A DNA stretch of 64,000 bases from Bacteroidota bacterium. GTDB taxonomy: Bacteria > Bacteroidota > Bacteroidia > JABEUT01. The translations under genes were made by a program, and so were the position numbers. The number at the start of each line of letters is the position of its first letter. Position 1 is the stretch's first letter. The notes under the pieces were generated by a model. The model saw only the letters and a program-made list of their open reading frames with translations, searched no databases and had not been told where the DNA came from. This document shows positions 44,832 to 53,936 of this stretch, one piece after another. Location of the stretch: contig JABDGY010000003.1 in the NCBI GenBank assembly GCA_013285805.1, forward strand, positions 4,267 through 68,266, in the 5' to 3' direction.

Positions 44832-45809
44832 TTAGTTTTTTAAATAACCAAGTTTTTCTCTTACCCTACTTAAAGTAGCTTTTGCAACTATTCTCGCCTT
44901 ATCCTCGCCTATTTTCAATTGCTTATCTAATTCAGCTTTGTTGTTCATGTAATGGGTATACAACTCGCGTTCTTTTTTATATTTCTCAAGTATCAGAACA
45001 TACAACGCTTCTTTAGCCGTGCCATAGCCCATTCCACCTTTCAAATAATTCTGGCGCATCTCCTCAATCTTATCTTTATCAGCTAACAAGCTATATAGCT
45101 TAAACACATTACAGGTATTCGGGTCTTTTGGCTCTTCCACTGTTTTGGCGTCAGTAACAATCCTCATCACATTTTTACGCAGTTCTTTATCAGGCAAAAA
45201 TATGTTGATGGTATTATTATACGACTTACTCATCTTCTGCCCATCGGTGCCGGGAATTATCATAACACCTTCATTAATCAAGGCTTCGGGAACAACAAAA
45301 GTCTCTCCGCAAATACGGTTAAATGCGCTTGCAATATCGCGCGTAATTTCAAGATGTTGTTGCTGGTCCTTACCTACCGGAACATAATGGGCATCGTACA
45401 TAATAATATCGGCCGCCATAAGCACCGGGTAAATAAACACTCCTGCATTCACTTCTGCTAACCGGTCCAATTTATCCTTGAATGAATGAGCATTAGCCAG
45501 CATAGGGTAAGGCGTAAAGCAATTTAAATACCATGTAAGCTCAGCCACTTCTGGTACATCGCTCTGGCGGTAAAAAGCAGTTTTGTTAGGGTCAAGGCCA
45601 CAGGCAAGCCATGCTGCAGCAACAGCATAGGTATTCTCTTTCATAACATTCGCGTCTTTAATAGCGGTAAGCGAATGCATGTCGGCTATAAAAAGGAATG
45701 AATCATTCTTAGGGTCGTTCGACATCTCTATTGCCGGTTTAATGGCGCCCAATATATTACCAAGGTGAGGTATACCTGTGCTTTGTATGCCTGTCAGTAC
45801 TCTTGCCAT
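44832..45809 (-). CDS. trpS: Tryptophan--tRNA ligase
   Basis: 325 aa with the class I motifs GIPHLGN (HIGH-type) and KMSKS. Confidence 0.93.
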   Translation of the reverse strand: MARVLTGIQSTGIPHLGNILGAIKPAIEMSNDPKNDSFLFIADMHSLTAIKDANVMKENTYAVAAAWLACGLDPNKTAFYRQSDVPEVAELTWYLNCFTPYPMLANAHSFKDKLDRLAEVNAGVFIYPVLMAADIIMYDAHYVPVGKDQQQHLEITRDIASAFNRICGETFVVPEALINEGVMIIPGTDGQKMSKSYNNTINIFLPDKELRKNVMRIVTDAKTVEEPKDPNTCNVFKLYSLLADKDKIEEMRQNYLKGGMGYGTAKEALYVLILEKYKKERELYTHYMNNKAELDKQLKIGEDKARIVAKATLSRVREKLGYLKN

Positions 45810-45838
45810 AATGTTGTTATGCTATATAATAAAGATTG

Positions 45839-45846
45839 CAAAAATA
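45839..45846 (-). promoter_or_regulatory. Candidate -7 box TATTTTTG for trpS-metH
   Basis: CAAAAATA on the plus strand. It lies about 29 nt before the trpS ATG (45809). Confidence 0.4.
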
Positions 45847-45932
45847 GTTAATTCCTAGGGTATTAGCCCTTTGTGCTTACTATAGCTTCTGTAAATAAAA
45901 GAAGTTGATTATTGCCTCTCTCTGCGCAAGCT

Positions 45933-46205
45933 TCAGCGAGAAGCTATGAACATTCGCCACCTTTGGGCTGCAACACGCATATAATACTTAATATGGTCGC
46001 GAAGGAAATAAACGGCAACGGCTGTAAAAACAAGGTATGTAATAGTAAGGAGATATAGTATGCCCGAATTAATAACACTTCCTATTCCACCACCTGCATT
46101 GGCATTTGATTGAACACCCGCAGAGCAGACAGAGCACTGGGCCACTGTAAACAGCGGAAGTACAAAAACACTCAGCAAAGCAATTATCCTTTTCAGGTTT
46201 TTCAT
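45933..46205 (-). CDS. Small secreted/membrane protein, uncharacterised
   Basis: About 90 aa counted from the ATG at 46205 (MKNLKRIIALLSVFVLPLFTVAQ), with a signal peptide and one TM helix. Confidence 0.45.
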   Translation of the reverse strand: MKNLKRIIALLSVFVLPLFTVAQCSVCSAGVQSNANAGGGIGSVINSGILYLLTITYLVFTAVAVYFLRDHIKYYMRVAAQRWRMFIASR

Positions 46206-46249
46206 GCTGCAAATATAGTAAAAGGGCAATAATTACAGCTATTTTATGT

Positions 46250-46384
46250 ATTACTTGGGCGTTCCTCTTCGGGTCGGGCTTTACGCTTCAAGTCCTCGCT
46301 TCACTGTGGGCTTTCCGCTACAACCCCGAAGGACTCATGATTTCGATAATAAATAGACGCGCCACGAATAATCCCTAACGCAAT
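46250..46384 (+). repeat. Dispersed structured intergenic repeat, copy 3
   Basis: It reads TTACTTGGGCGTTCC...GGGCTTTACGCTTCAAGTCCTCG...GGGCTTTCCGCTACAA...GATAATAAATAGACG...ATCCCTAACGCAA. A helix CTTCGGG/CCCGAAG sits where copy 2 has AGAGCTTCGC/GCGAAGCTCT. Confidence 0.7.
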
Positions 46385-46440
46385 ACCCAAAATGCCAATT
46401 ATTGTTGATAAATTGCAATTAACTATTGAATGGTAATCGG

Positions 46441-46448
46441 TAGTTTTG
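46441..46448 (+). promoter_or_regulatory. Candidate -7 box TAGTTTTG
   Basis: Matches TAnnTTTG, but lies only 6 nt before the ATG at 46455. That would imply a near-leaderless mRNA. Confidence 0.3.
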
Positions 46449-46454
46449 CATCCC

Positions 46455-47357
46455 ATGAAACGCTACCTGTTACTGCTTCTGCCTATTATGTTAATATTGG
46501 GATGCAACCACCCTGTTCCATCAAAATATAAGGGTTATTCAACCAAAAACGGGGTTGACTATTTTAAGTACAGCGATATGGGTACAAACCATAAGCAAGC
46601 CCAGCGAGGTGATGTGGTGGAAACAGTTATCAGCTATACTAAAATGAACGACTCCCTTTTCTGGGATTCGCATGATATCGGTTTCCCATTCTCCATAAAC
46701 CTGCCATACGATACCATGTACGCCCAGGGTAGTTATCAGTCACTTATTTTACAGGCTAATGAGGGCGACAGTATTAACTTTATAGTCCCCGCTGAAGATG
46801 TATTTAAAAGGATTCTTCACCTATCAACCTTACCTTTTTTCCTTCATAAAGGTGATATGATGAAGGTTAACACCCGTATTGTAGCTATAATGGACCCCAT
46901 ACAATTTGAAGCCAGGCAGAAAGTAATAAATTCATACAGGAAGGATATGGATATGCAGGAGCAAATTACTCTGCTTCAATATGTTACAACTAACCATGTA
47001 CCCGATAGCTCCAAAAGAGATAATATTTACTTTGTACCCGAAAACCCGGGAACGGGTGCTAAAGTGGAGATGGGCAGCAGGGTAAATGTAGCTTATAATG
47101 GTTATTTTCTCAATGGCCGTTTATTCGATTCAGTTTCAGTAAGTAACCCACTACAATTCAGGTTTGGCGATACCGCGCAGGTAATAAAAGGCCTTGAAAT
47201 TGGCATTAAAAAAATGCGTGAGGGCGAGAAAGCAAAAATAATTATACCTTCGCAACTCGCCTTTGGAGATAACGGGTCCTCCACAGGAGTGGTTCCTCCC
47301 TATACTTCGGTAATTTACGAGGTAACCATGCTGAAAGTAAGCGATCCGGGAAAATAA
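46455..47357 (+). CDS. FKBP-type peptidyl-prolyl isomerase lipoprotein (paralog 1)
   Basis: It has the lipobox LILGC and a C-terminal FKBP domain (VNVAYNGYFLNGRLFDS...GLEIGIKKMREGEKAKIIIPSQLAFG). Confidence 0.8.
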   Translation: MKRYLLLLLPIMLILGCNHPVPSKYKGYSTKNGVDYFKYSDMGTNHKQAQRGDVVETVISYTKMNDSLFWDSHDIGFPFSINLPYDTMYAQGSYQSLILQANEGDSINFIVPAEDVFKRILHLSTLPFFLHKGDMMKVNTRIVAIMDPIQFEARQKVINSYRKDMDMQEQITLLQYVTTNHVPDSSKRDNIYFVPENPGTGAKVEMGSRVNVAYNGYFLNGRLFDSVSVSNPLQFRFGDTAQVIKGLEIGIKKMREGEKAKIIIPSQLAFGDNGSSTGVVPPYTSVIYEVTMLKVSDPGK

Positions 47358-47365
47358 AATTAAAT

Positions 47366-48292
47366 ATGAAATATAACATTTTGAAATCAGGCTTCTGCAT
47401 AATGGCAGCAGCAGCATTATTGTCAGGTTGTAAAGGCGGGTCCGGAAGTTTTGATACTGACAAGGATTCGGGGATACAATACCGCTTTGTTAAACAAACA
47501 AACGGTGCCAACAAACCTGCAATGGGCGATATTGTGAACGTTGCTATGGTTTGTAAAACCGATAAAGACTCTGTTTTATTTAACTCGGCTAAAAAAGGCG
47601 GTGATTCATTGGGAACGTTTAAAATTCCTATGCGTAAAAATTTCAACGGTTGCGTTGAACAGGGTTTTGCCATGATGAGCGTTGGCGATAGCGCTGAATT
47701 TAAAGTTAGCGCCGATTCACTTTATTTAAAAGAGTTCCATGCACCAAAACTGCCCCCGTTCATACGCCCCGGAAGCATGGTTACTTTTCAGATAAGGCTT
47801 GTAAAATTCGAAACACAAAAACAAGCGCAGGATGACCAGCAACAGGCCATGATGAAACGTATGCAGGAAGCCCAGCAACGTAAAATGCAGGAACCTGAAA
47901 TGATTGCAAAATACCTTAGTGATAATAAAATAACTGCCAAGCCAACCGAAGACAGCCTCTTCTTTATTGCGCGCGAGGGTAAAGGCGGAGTAATGATAAA
48001 AGAAGGTGATTCGGTATATGCAACATACAAAGGCATGCTGCTTGATAATACCGTATTCGACCAATCTGATCATGGCCCGGGCCATAACACATTTGGCTTT
48101 GTATATAGCAAGAACATGCAGCTGATAAAAGGATGGATTGAAGCCCTAGGCACTATGCACCAGGGAGAAAAAGCAAGGATATTATTGCCTTCTGCATTGG
48201 CTTACGGCCCACGCGGACAAGGACAAATGATTCCTCCGTATACACCTTTAGTGTTCGACCTTGAAATAATTAAAGTAAAATCTAACAAGTAA
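47366..48292 (+). CDS. FKBP-type peptidyl-prolyl isomerase lipoprotein (paralog 2, two FKBP-like domains)
   Basis: It has the lipobox LLSGC, a degenerate N-terminal FKBP-like domain, and a C-terminal FKBP domain (VYATYKGMLLDNTVFDQS...GWIEALGTMHQGEKARILLPSALAYG). Confidence 0.8.
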   Translation: MKYNILKSGFCIMAAAALLSGCKGGSGSFDTDKDSGIQYRFVKQTNGANKPAMGDIVNVAMVCKTDKDSVLFNSAKKGGDSLGTFKIPMRKNFNGCVEQGFAMMSVGDSAEFKVSADSLYLKEFHAPKLPPFIRPGSMVTFQIRLVKFETQKQAQDDQQQAMMKRMQEAQQRKMQEPEMIAKYLSDNKITAKPTEDSLFFIAREGKGGVMIKEGDSVYATYKGMLLDNTVFDQSDHGPGHNTFGFVYSKNMQLIKGWIEALGTMHQGEKARILLPSALAYGPRGQGQMIPPYTPLVFDLEIIKVKSNK

Positions 48293-48301
48293 TTTCCAGG
48301 G

Positions 48302-48335
48302 AGCCCCGGTTATAATAGCCGGGGTTCTTTATTTT
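48302..48335 (+). terminator. Intrinsic terminator candidate after FKBP paralog 2
   Basis: The AGCCCCGG / CCGGGGTT stem (6 GC pairs plus GU/AU ends) has a 9-nt loop and is followed by CTTTATTTT. Confidence 0.5.
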
Positions 48336-48353
48336 CATTAATCCCCTTTTATA

Positions 48354-49313
48354 ATGATACGCAAACTCAGCCTCATTTTTATTTTGCTGGCATTTATTAC
48401 CTTGGGCAATACATTGGTTGCACAAACAAAAACCACCGCAAAAGTACCCGCCAAAGTTTCTTTCACAACGGACCCTGCAACCGGTGTTCAGTACCATTTT
48501 TATAAGCACGATAAAAAAGGTGTACACCCTGCCATGGATGATTTTGTCAATATAATTATGGTGTTTGAAACCGAGGGCGATTCTGTAATATTCAATTCGA
48601 AGAAAAAAGGCGGCGATTCACTTGGAAGCATACAGCTTAATTTGAAAAAAACCTTTTCTGGTTGCCTGGAGCAAGGCATTTCTATGATGGCAAAAGGTGA
48701 TAGCGCTGAATTCAGGATAAGCACTGATTCAATATTCTTAAAGGGATTTCACTACAAGACAGTACCTCCTTCATTGGCGTCATATAAATTTTTAGTATTT
48801 CATATAAAACTTTTAAAAAGCATGACCCGACCGGAGATGATGGCGCAAGTAAGTAAAGCTGTACAGGAAAAAAAGGATAAAGAACGCGGGTTAATTGCAA
48901 AATACTTTAAGGACAGCAATATAACCGTAACACCTACTGCCGATAGCATGTTTGTAATTAAGCACACTGTCACTACCGGTACTCCGGTACAGGAAGGCGA
49001 TTCAGTATATGTATCTTATAGCGGCAGGTTACTCAATGGCACTGTATTTGATGCTTCAGCTAAACATGGTCCGCGCGAAGGAATGCCTATTGTAAATGGA
49101 CAACCGGCTTTACCTGCAGTATACAATAAAAACATGCCTTTAATTAAAGGATGGGTTATAATGCTTGGCACTATGCGTGAGGGAGAATCAGCCACTATAC
49201 TTCTGCCTTCAGCGCTGGCTTATGGTGAAAGAGGGGCAAGTGCACAAATAGGGCCATTTACCCCGCTGCTTTTTGACCTGCAAGTACTGAAGGTAGTAAA
49301 GCCTACTAAATAA
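48354..49313 (+). CDS. FKBP-type peptidyl-prolyl isomerase, secreted (paralog 3, two FKBP-like domains)
   Basis: It has a signal peptide. Its N-terminal half is clearly paralogous to paralog 2 (GVQYHFYKH.. versus GIQYRFVKQ..). It has a C-terminal FKBP domain. Confidence 0.8.
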   Translation: MIRKLSLIFILLAFITLGNTLVAQTKTTAKVPAKVSFTTDPATGVQYHFYKHDKKGVHPAMDDFVNIIMVFETEGDSVIFNSKKKGGDSLGSIQLNLKKTFSGCLEQGISMMAKGDSAEFRISTDSIFLKGFHYKTVPPSLASYKFLVFHIKLLKSMTRPEMMAQVSKAVQEKKDKERGLIAKYFKDSNITVTPTADSMFVIKHTVTTGTPVQEGDSVYVSYSGRLLNGTVFDASAKHGPREGMPIVNGQPALPAVYNKNMPLIKGWVIMLGTMREGESATILLPSALAYGERGASAQIGPFTPLLFDLQVLKVVKPTK

Positions 49314-49320
49314 TTTGAAC

Positions 49321-49728
49321 ATGGACAGGACAAAAGAACTGGCTGTAATAGCTAAATACGTAGCCGATAATAAAGTAACTGCAAAACCCAACGCAGACAG
49401 TTTATATATATTGAGCGGTACTGCCGGTAATGGTAAGGCCATTGCCAACGGCAATGATGTAGAGGTAAAATATAAGGGTATGTTCCTCGATGGGAAGGTA
49501 TTCGATGCTTCTGCCAACCATGGGGGCAAAGGTACATTCAGTTTTGTTTACAGCCCCGATGTTCCGCTTATTCAGGGATGGATAGATGTGATTGGCAAAA
49601 TGCAGGAAGGTGAAAAAGTAAGCGTTCTTATACCATCTTGGCTGGCTTATGGCAGCCACGGAGCCGGAGGGTTAATTCCGCCGCATACGCCTTTGCTGTT
49701 CGATATTGAAGTGGTGAAGGTATCGTAA
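49321..49728 (+). CDS. FKBP-type peptidyl-prolyl isomerase, short form without signal peptide (paralog 4)
   Basis: 135 aa equivalent to only the linker plus C-terminal FKBP domain of paralogs 2 and 3 (VEVKYKGMFLDGKVFDAS...GWIDVIGKMQEGEKVSVLIPSWLAYG). Confidence 0.7.
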   Translation: MDRTKELAVIAKYVADNKVTAKPNADSLYILSGTAGNGKAIANGNDVEVKYKGMFLDGKVFDASANHGGKGTFSFVYSPDVPLIQGWIDVIGKMQEGEKVSVLIPSWLAYGSHGAGGLIPPHTPLLFDIEVVKVS

Positions 49729-49729
49729 A

Positions 49730-49830
49730 AAAAGGGTAAGCTACTTACATCGCGCCGCTCAACCGCAGTGCCCTTGCTTCCTTCCGAACCTGGGGGAGTT
49801 GTGCAGGAGCTGGCCGTATAAGGCTTACCC
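49730..49830 (-). ncRNA. ffs: Signal recognition particle RNA (small/4.5S type)
   Basis: The minus strand reads GGGUAAGC...CCCCCAGGUUCGGAAGGAAGCAAGGGCACUG...GAUGUAAGUAGCUUACCCUUUUUUU. The conserved domain IV core GGUUCGGAAGGAAGCA is close to E. coli 4.5S GGUCCGGAAGGAAGCA. A terminal helix GGGUAAGC/GCUUACCC and a U-tract complete it. Confidence 0.88.
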
Positions 49831-49834
49831 GCCG

Positions 49835-49842
49835 CAAATGTA
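49835..49842 (-). promoter_or_regulatory. Candidate -7 box TACATTTG for ffs
   Basis: CAAATGTA on the plus strand. It lies 4 nt before the first G of the SRP RNA terminal helix and 3 nt after the bioD stop codon. Confidence 0.55.
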
Positions 49843-49845
49843 TTA

Positions 49846-50487
49846 TTATTTCTTCTTTACAACTACTTCAGCAAGCATTGATTGCTGAAATTCTTTGGCA
49901 TAACGCAGAATTACGGATGGAGAAAAGGCCTTTTCTTCGCTAACTCTGCCTACTACCGGGCAATGAGAAAATGATTCTATTGCCTTTTCTGACTGCTCAT
50001 TAGGGTTTCCGCTATACACTATACCTATTACTTTTATTCCCTTTTGCTTTAATGCCTGCAGCGACAATAGTGTATGATTAATACTACCTAAGTAATGGCG
50101 CACTACTAATACAACAACTGCATTAAAATGTTGTACAAGGTCAATCATAAGTTCTTTATCATTCAATGGAACCATCAGTCCGCCAGCGCCCTCAATTACA
50201 AGCATATTTTTTGTAGAAGGCGCCTTTAAATTTCTCATTTGTATAATGATGCCTTCTTCCGCGGCTGCGGCATGGGGTGAAGCAGGTAATTTCAAAGAAT
50301 ATGCTTCCGGATGTATTACCGAATCTTTATTTGTCAGCAGGCTCCTTACTGTTTCAGAATCCGTGCCTTCACCTGAGCCAGTTTGCACAGGTTTCCAGTA
50401 ATCGGCATGCAAAGCCTCGGTTATAATAGCTGAAACTATTGTTTTGCCAACTCCGGTGCCAATACCTGTAACAAACATCCTTTGCAT
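49846..50487 (-). CDS. bioD: Dethiobiotin synthase
   Basis: It has the P-loop start MFVTGIGTGVGKT, and about 210 aa is the expected size. It lies directly downstream of bioF. Confidence 0.85.
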   Translation of the reverse strand: MQRMFVTGIGTGVGKTIVSAIITEALHADYWKPVQTGSGEGTDSETVRSLLTNKDSVIHPEAYSLKLPASPHAAAAEEGIIIQMRNLKAPSTKNMLVIEGAGGLMVPLNDKELMIDLVQHFNAVVVLVVRHYLGSINHTLLSLQALKQKGIKVIGIVYSGNPNEQSEKAIESFSHCPVVGRVSEEKAFSPSVILRYAKEFQQSMLAEVVVKKK

Positions 50488-50489
50488 AA

Positions 50490-51620
50490 CTACTCGCTTA
50501 TTATATTGAACAACTGGTCTATTTCCTCAGTTGTATTATATGCATGCAAGCAAATCCGAATCCTTTCTTTTCCCTTAGGTACAGTAGGGCTCATAATTGG
50601 GCGCACATCCATATCATTCTCCTGAATTTTTTTACACAATTCCCTTACTTCATCATTGCCGGGAACTATCATACTTTGAATTGCAGATGGGCTATCGAGC
50701 CATTTTTTATTACCCTTTATCTCTCTTCGGAAATACGAAATATTATCTGATAGTTTGTTTTGAAGGGGTACGCTTTTTTCCAGCAGCTTGTGGGCACATT
50801 CTATACTGATAAGGCTGTGCAAAGGAAGGGCCGTGGTGTAGATAAATGAGCGTGCATAATTAACCAGGTATTCTTTTAGGGTGACTGAGCCGAGTACTAC
50901 TGCCCCGTGACTACCTAACGCTTTACCAAAGGTGTGTACTCTTGCAAATACATCACTTTCCAGTTTTTGCTGTTGTACAAGGCCCTTTCCAAATACCCCG
51001 GTGGCATGGGCCTCATCAACAATCAAATTTGCATGGTGTTTCTTACACAAGCCGGAAATTTCCTTTAGTGGTGCCCAATCGCCATCCATAGAATAGACAG
51101 ATTCTACCGCCACAAAAATATTTCCCTTCGAATGATTCAGCCTTTCTTCCAGGTGAATCATGTCATTATGCCTGAAGGGAAAGCTGTCAGCACGTGATAG
51201 CCTTATGCCGTCATGAATAGATGCATGAACCAATTCATCATACACTATTATATCGCCTTGTTTTGCAATACTTGAAAACAATCCCACATTGGCATCGTAC
51301 CCCGAATTAAAAAGCAATGCAGCAGGCGCATTATAAAACCCCGAAAGAAATAATTCCAGCTCTTCTGCTTCTGCTGAGTTACCCGATAATAGCCTTGAAC
51401 CTCCGGACCCAATACGCTTTGCACTCGCGGCTATTTTTTCCTCAATCATCGCATACAACTCAGCAGACCTTGCAAAGCCAAGGTAGTCGTTGGAAGTAAA
51501 ATCGATTCGCTTATTCCACAGAGATAGTTTCCGCAAAGCGCCCTGGCTCTCTCTTTTCAGTAATATATTGGAAATGGTTTTGTCAGCAGGGAACATAAAT
51601 GCGTTTGCCGCAAATTTCAT
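50490..51620 (-). CDS. bioF: 8-amino-7-oxononanoate synthase
   Basis: It has alpha-oxoamine synthase blocks (SGYDANVG, DEAHATG, VYSMDGDWAPL, and HTFGKALGSHGA with the PLP lysine). Confidence 0.85.
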   Translation of the reverse strand: MKFAANAFMFPADKTISNILLKRESQGALRKLSLWNKRIDFTSNDYLGFARSAELYAMIEEKIAASAKRIGSGGSRLLSGNSAEAEELELFLSGFYNAPAALLFNSGYDANVGLFSSIAKQGDIIVYDELVHASIHDGIRLSRADSFPFRHNDMIHLEERLNHSKGNIFVAVESVYSMDGDWAPLKEISGLCKKHHANLIVDEAHATGVFGKGLVQQQKLESDVFARVHTFGKALGSHGAVVLGSVTLKEYLVNYARSFIYTTALPLHSLISIECAHKLLEKSVPLQNKLSDNISYFRREIKGNKKWLDSPSAIQSMIVPGNDEVRELCKKIQENDMDVRPIMSPTVPKGKERIRICLHAYNTTEEIDQLFNIISE

Positions 51621-52354
51621 CAGAATTTCGATACGTCGGCACGTATGCCGAATTGAAGCACAAAAGCAAAGATATTATGCACTATTGTGGCAGGGCTTTC
51701 ATTAAGGTTATTGTGAAAGTATTTATATTCAATTTCAGGGTAAATAAATATACGTGTATAGTCTACAACTTCATAATCGAACAGAAATCCTGCATTAATC
51801 AGGTATGTTTTTGCAACCTGGTCATCGCCAAAGAAATTAAGGTGCTTTACACCGTCATATCCATAAAACCCCATATTACCCATAAAATCGAGTTCGTAGG
51901 GTTTGCCCTTGCAAAAGTTAAATGGTACCTGGATCATACCATAAATTTCATTGAACCAGAAATTTTCAGTAAACAGTACATAACTGTTCGGAATATTTGA
52001 ACCAACACTATCCACTGAAAGTATAGATAGCTTATCCATTGAAAATTTCTCGAAACAAATACCCATCCCGAGCCTTACATTTCCAACCGGGGCGCATACA
52101 GAGAAATTATAGCTAAACAAAGGGTTGCTAGCCTGTATTTTCAAATCGCCGGACCTAAGTACACTACCATCAATGTTATATAGAGCGGCATCGTTAAAGT
52201 GAGAAAACCACCTTGCGGAACCTACACCATAACTAAGGGAAACATAGTATTTTTTATCCTTTTTCTGGTTGGTATAATACCCCTGCGCAAATACACTACC
52301 GGCGTATGTTACAAGCAAAGTAAATAAAACTAAACGCAGTAGGCTTCTTTTCAT
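51620..52354 (-). CDS. Outer-membrane beta-barrel-like protein, uncharacterised
   Basis: 244 aa with the signal peptide MKRSLLRLVLFTLLVTYAGSVFAQ, alternating beta patterns and a C-terminal Phe (..ADVSKF). Confidence 0.6.
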   Translation of the reverse strand: MKRSLLRLVLFTLLVTYAGSVFAQGYYTNQKKDKKYYVSLSYGVGSARWFSHFNDAALYNIDGSVLRSGDLKIQASNPLFSYNFSVCAPVGNVRLGMGICFEKFSMDKLSILSVDSVGSNIPNSYVLFTENFWFNEIYGMIQVPFNFCKGKPYELDFMGNMGFYGYDGVKHLNFFGDDQVAKTYLINAGFLFDYEVVDYTRIFIYPEIEYKYFHNNLNESPATIVHNIFAFVLQFGIRADVSKF

Positions 52355-52520
52355 CAGTTACGCTAAAAATCAATATGAAGGTGCAATTTAAGAAAAAAAC
52401 GATAGCTTTTTCCTGTCAGAAACTAATCTTAACATTGGCAGCATTAATAACTGCTTTAATAGTATAGAAATCAAGGGGAAAGCCCAGCACTGAGAGCGTG
52501 AACTCTTTAAAATTGGCTGA

Positions 52521-53354
52521 TTAAAAATAGCTATAGCAGTGCTCGTGGGTTGAATGTATCCTGAACGACAGGATTATTCCAGCGAAAGAGTACCAGTCCT
52601 TTTTGCCATCACCACGTTCTTCGCCAACATCCGAAGCTTTATCGGGGTTGGTACTTTTATCTGCCATTACAACAGCCAGTGGCCCGCTTACGCCGTCAGC
52701 AGCGGCAAGTACAGTCGGGCTGACATAAGTTTTACTTACATCGTCTATATAGCCCGTAAATGTCTTACGCATACCCCATTCAATGGTAATGCATATTGTT
52801 TTGGAGAAATTAGTCTTTATACCTGCTCCGAAAGGAATGCAGGGTTGTAATAGGTGATAAGGGTGTGCTGAATTTGCGGAAGTACCCTGACCTTCAGTTC
52901 TTAACGGTTGTAATTCAACCCATTGATTACCATCAAGACCTTGTGGGTCCATTTTAAAAATACCGAAGCCTGCAAAAATAAATGGAGTAAACGGGTGTTT
53001 GGGGTTACCTAATTCGTACTCAAGAAAATTGAATTCAGCCTGAACTGAGAATTCATCTATAGGTGATTTAAAATCAAGGTTTCTTTCGCGTTGTGAAGCA
53101 GAAGGCGATTGGGAATCGTCGGCAGTTACTGTCCCAAAAAAAGCGTTACCTCTTACTGCAAGGCGGTTATTTATATTATATCTTAAAGCAAGGCCGCCTG
53201 CAACCCTGGTAAACTGGTTAAAGAACCCATTGGGGTTTAATTCACCAAGGTAAAATGAACAACCAAGAAAAGCACCTAACTCCAGGTTTTTCTGGGCACG
53301 AATTTCCGAAGTGAATAATAGAGTACCTAATAAAAATGCCAATACCTTCTTCAT
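52521..53354 (-). CDS. Outer-membrane beta-barrel protein (DUF6089-like)
   Basis: 277 aa with a signal peptide. The block LELGAFLGCSFYLGELNP and the C-terminal ..CYSYF are present. The family name is recalled, not searched. Confidence 0.55.
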   Translation of the reverse strand: MKKVLAFLLGTLLFTSEIRAQKNLELGAFLGCSFYLGELNPNGFFNQFTRVAGGLALRYNINNRLAVRGNAFFGTVTADDSQSPSASQRERNLDFKSPIDEFSVQAEFNFLEYELGNPKHPFTPFIFAGFGIFKMDPQGLDGNQWVELQPLRTEGQGTSANSAHPYHLLQPCIPFGAGIKTNFSKTICITIEWGMRKTFTGYIDDVSKTYVSPTVLAAADGVSGPLAVVMADKSTNPDKASDVGEERGDGKKDWYSFAGIILSFRIHSTHEHCYSYF

Positions 53355-53518
53355 GCGTTCTTTACACCGTATAAATAAATATTCTGTCTAATAATATTAC
53401 AAACATATACATATTACATTAATTTTCAAATTATCTGACTGTTAAATATGGCAGATATTTATTAACACTCATTCTGTTAATATATGTTAACCAATTCATC
53501 TATCGCAACTTTCCGCAT

Positions 53519-53526
53519 TACATTTG
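53519..53526 (+). promoter_or_regulatory. Candidate -7 box TACATTTG
   Basis: Matches TAnnTTTG and lies 33 nt before the ATG at 53560. Confidence 0.35.
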
Positions 53527-53559
53527 ATTTTCGGCACTCAACTATTAACTCTTTCCAAA

Positions 53560-53925
53560 ATGAAAGCAAAGAAATTACTGCAGGTCTTTACCTTACTACT
53601 ATTCGTTTTTTTTCTCAGCAGTTTTATAGCTTATAAAACGGGGAAACTCAACGGTTATTTTACCGGTAACGATAATATTTCCAGCCAGATAATCAGGGCG
53701 GAACTGCAAAGTGCGGCAAATCCCTCTGTTGTGGATTCCCCTATACATAATTCGAGTAAGGCTCCTAAAGCTGACACTGTTAAAATAAGCCCTGCTATGT
53801 TGTCCACTTCCAAATCAATGGTGCTGATAGACCAAAAGGTTCCGGTAACCCAAGATGTGAAATTTACTGTAAAAGATACCCCAAAATATCTTAAAGACAC
53901 TATTGTGCATCTTCCCAAACACTAA
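53560..53925 (+). CDS. Hypothetical N-terminally anchored protein
   Basis: About 121 aa counted from the ATG at 53560 (MKAKKLLQVFTLLLFVFFLSSFIAY). No family was recognised. Confidence 0.45.
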   Translation: MKAKKLLQVFTLLLFVFFLSSFIAYKTGKLNGYFTGNDNISSQIIRAELQSAANPSVVDSPIHNSSKAPKADTVKISPAMLSTSKSMVLIDQKVPVTQDVKFTVKDTPKYLKDTIVHLPKH

Positions 53926-53936
53926 CCAAACAGGGC

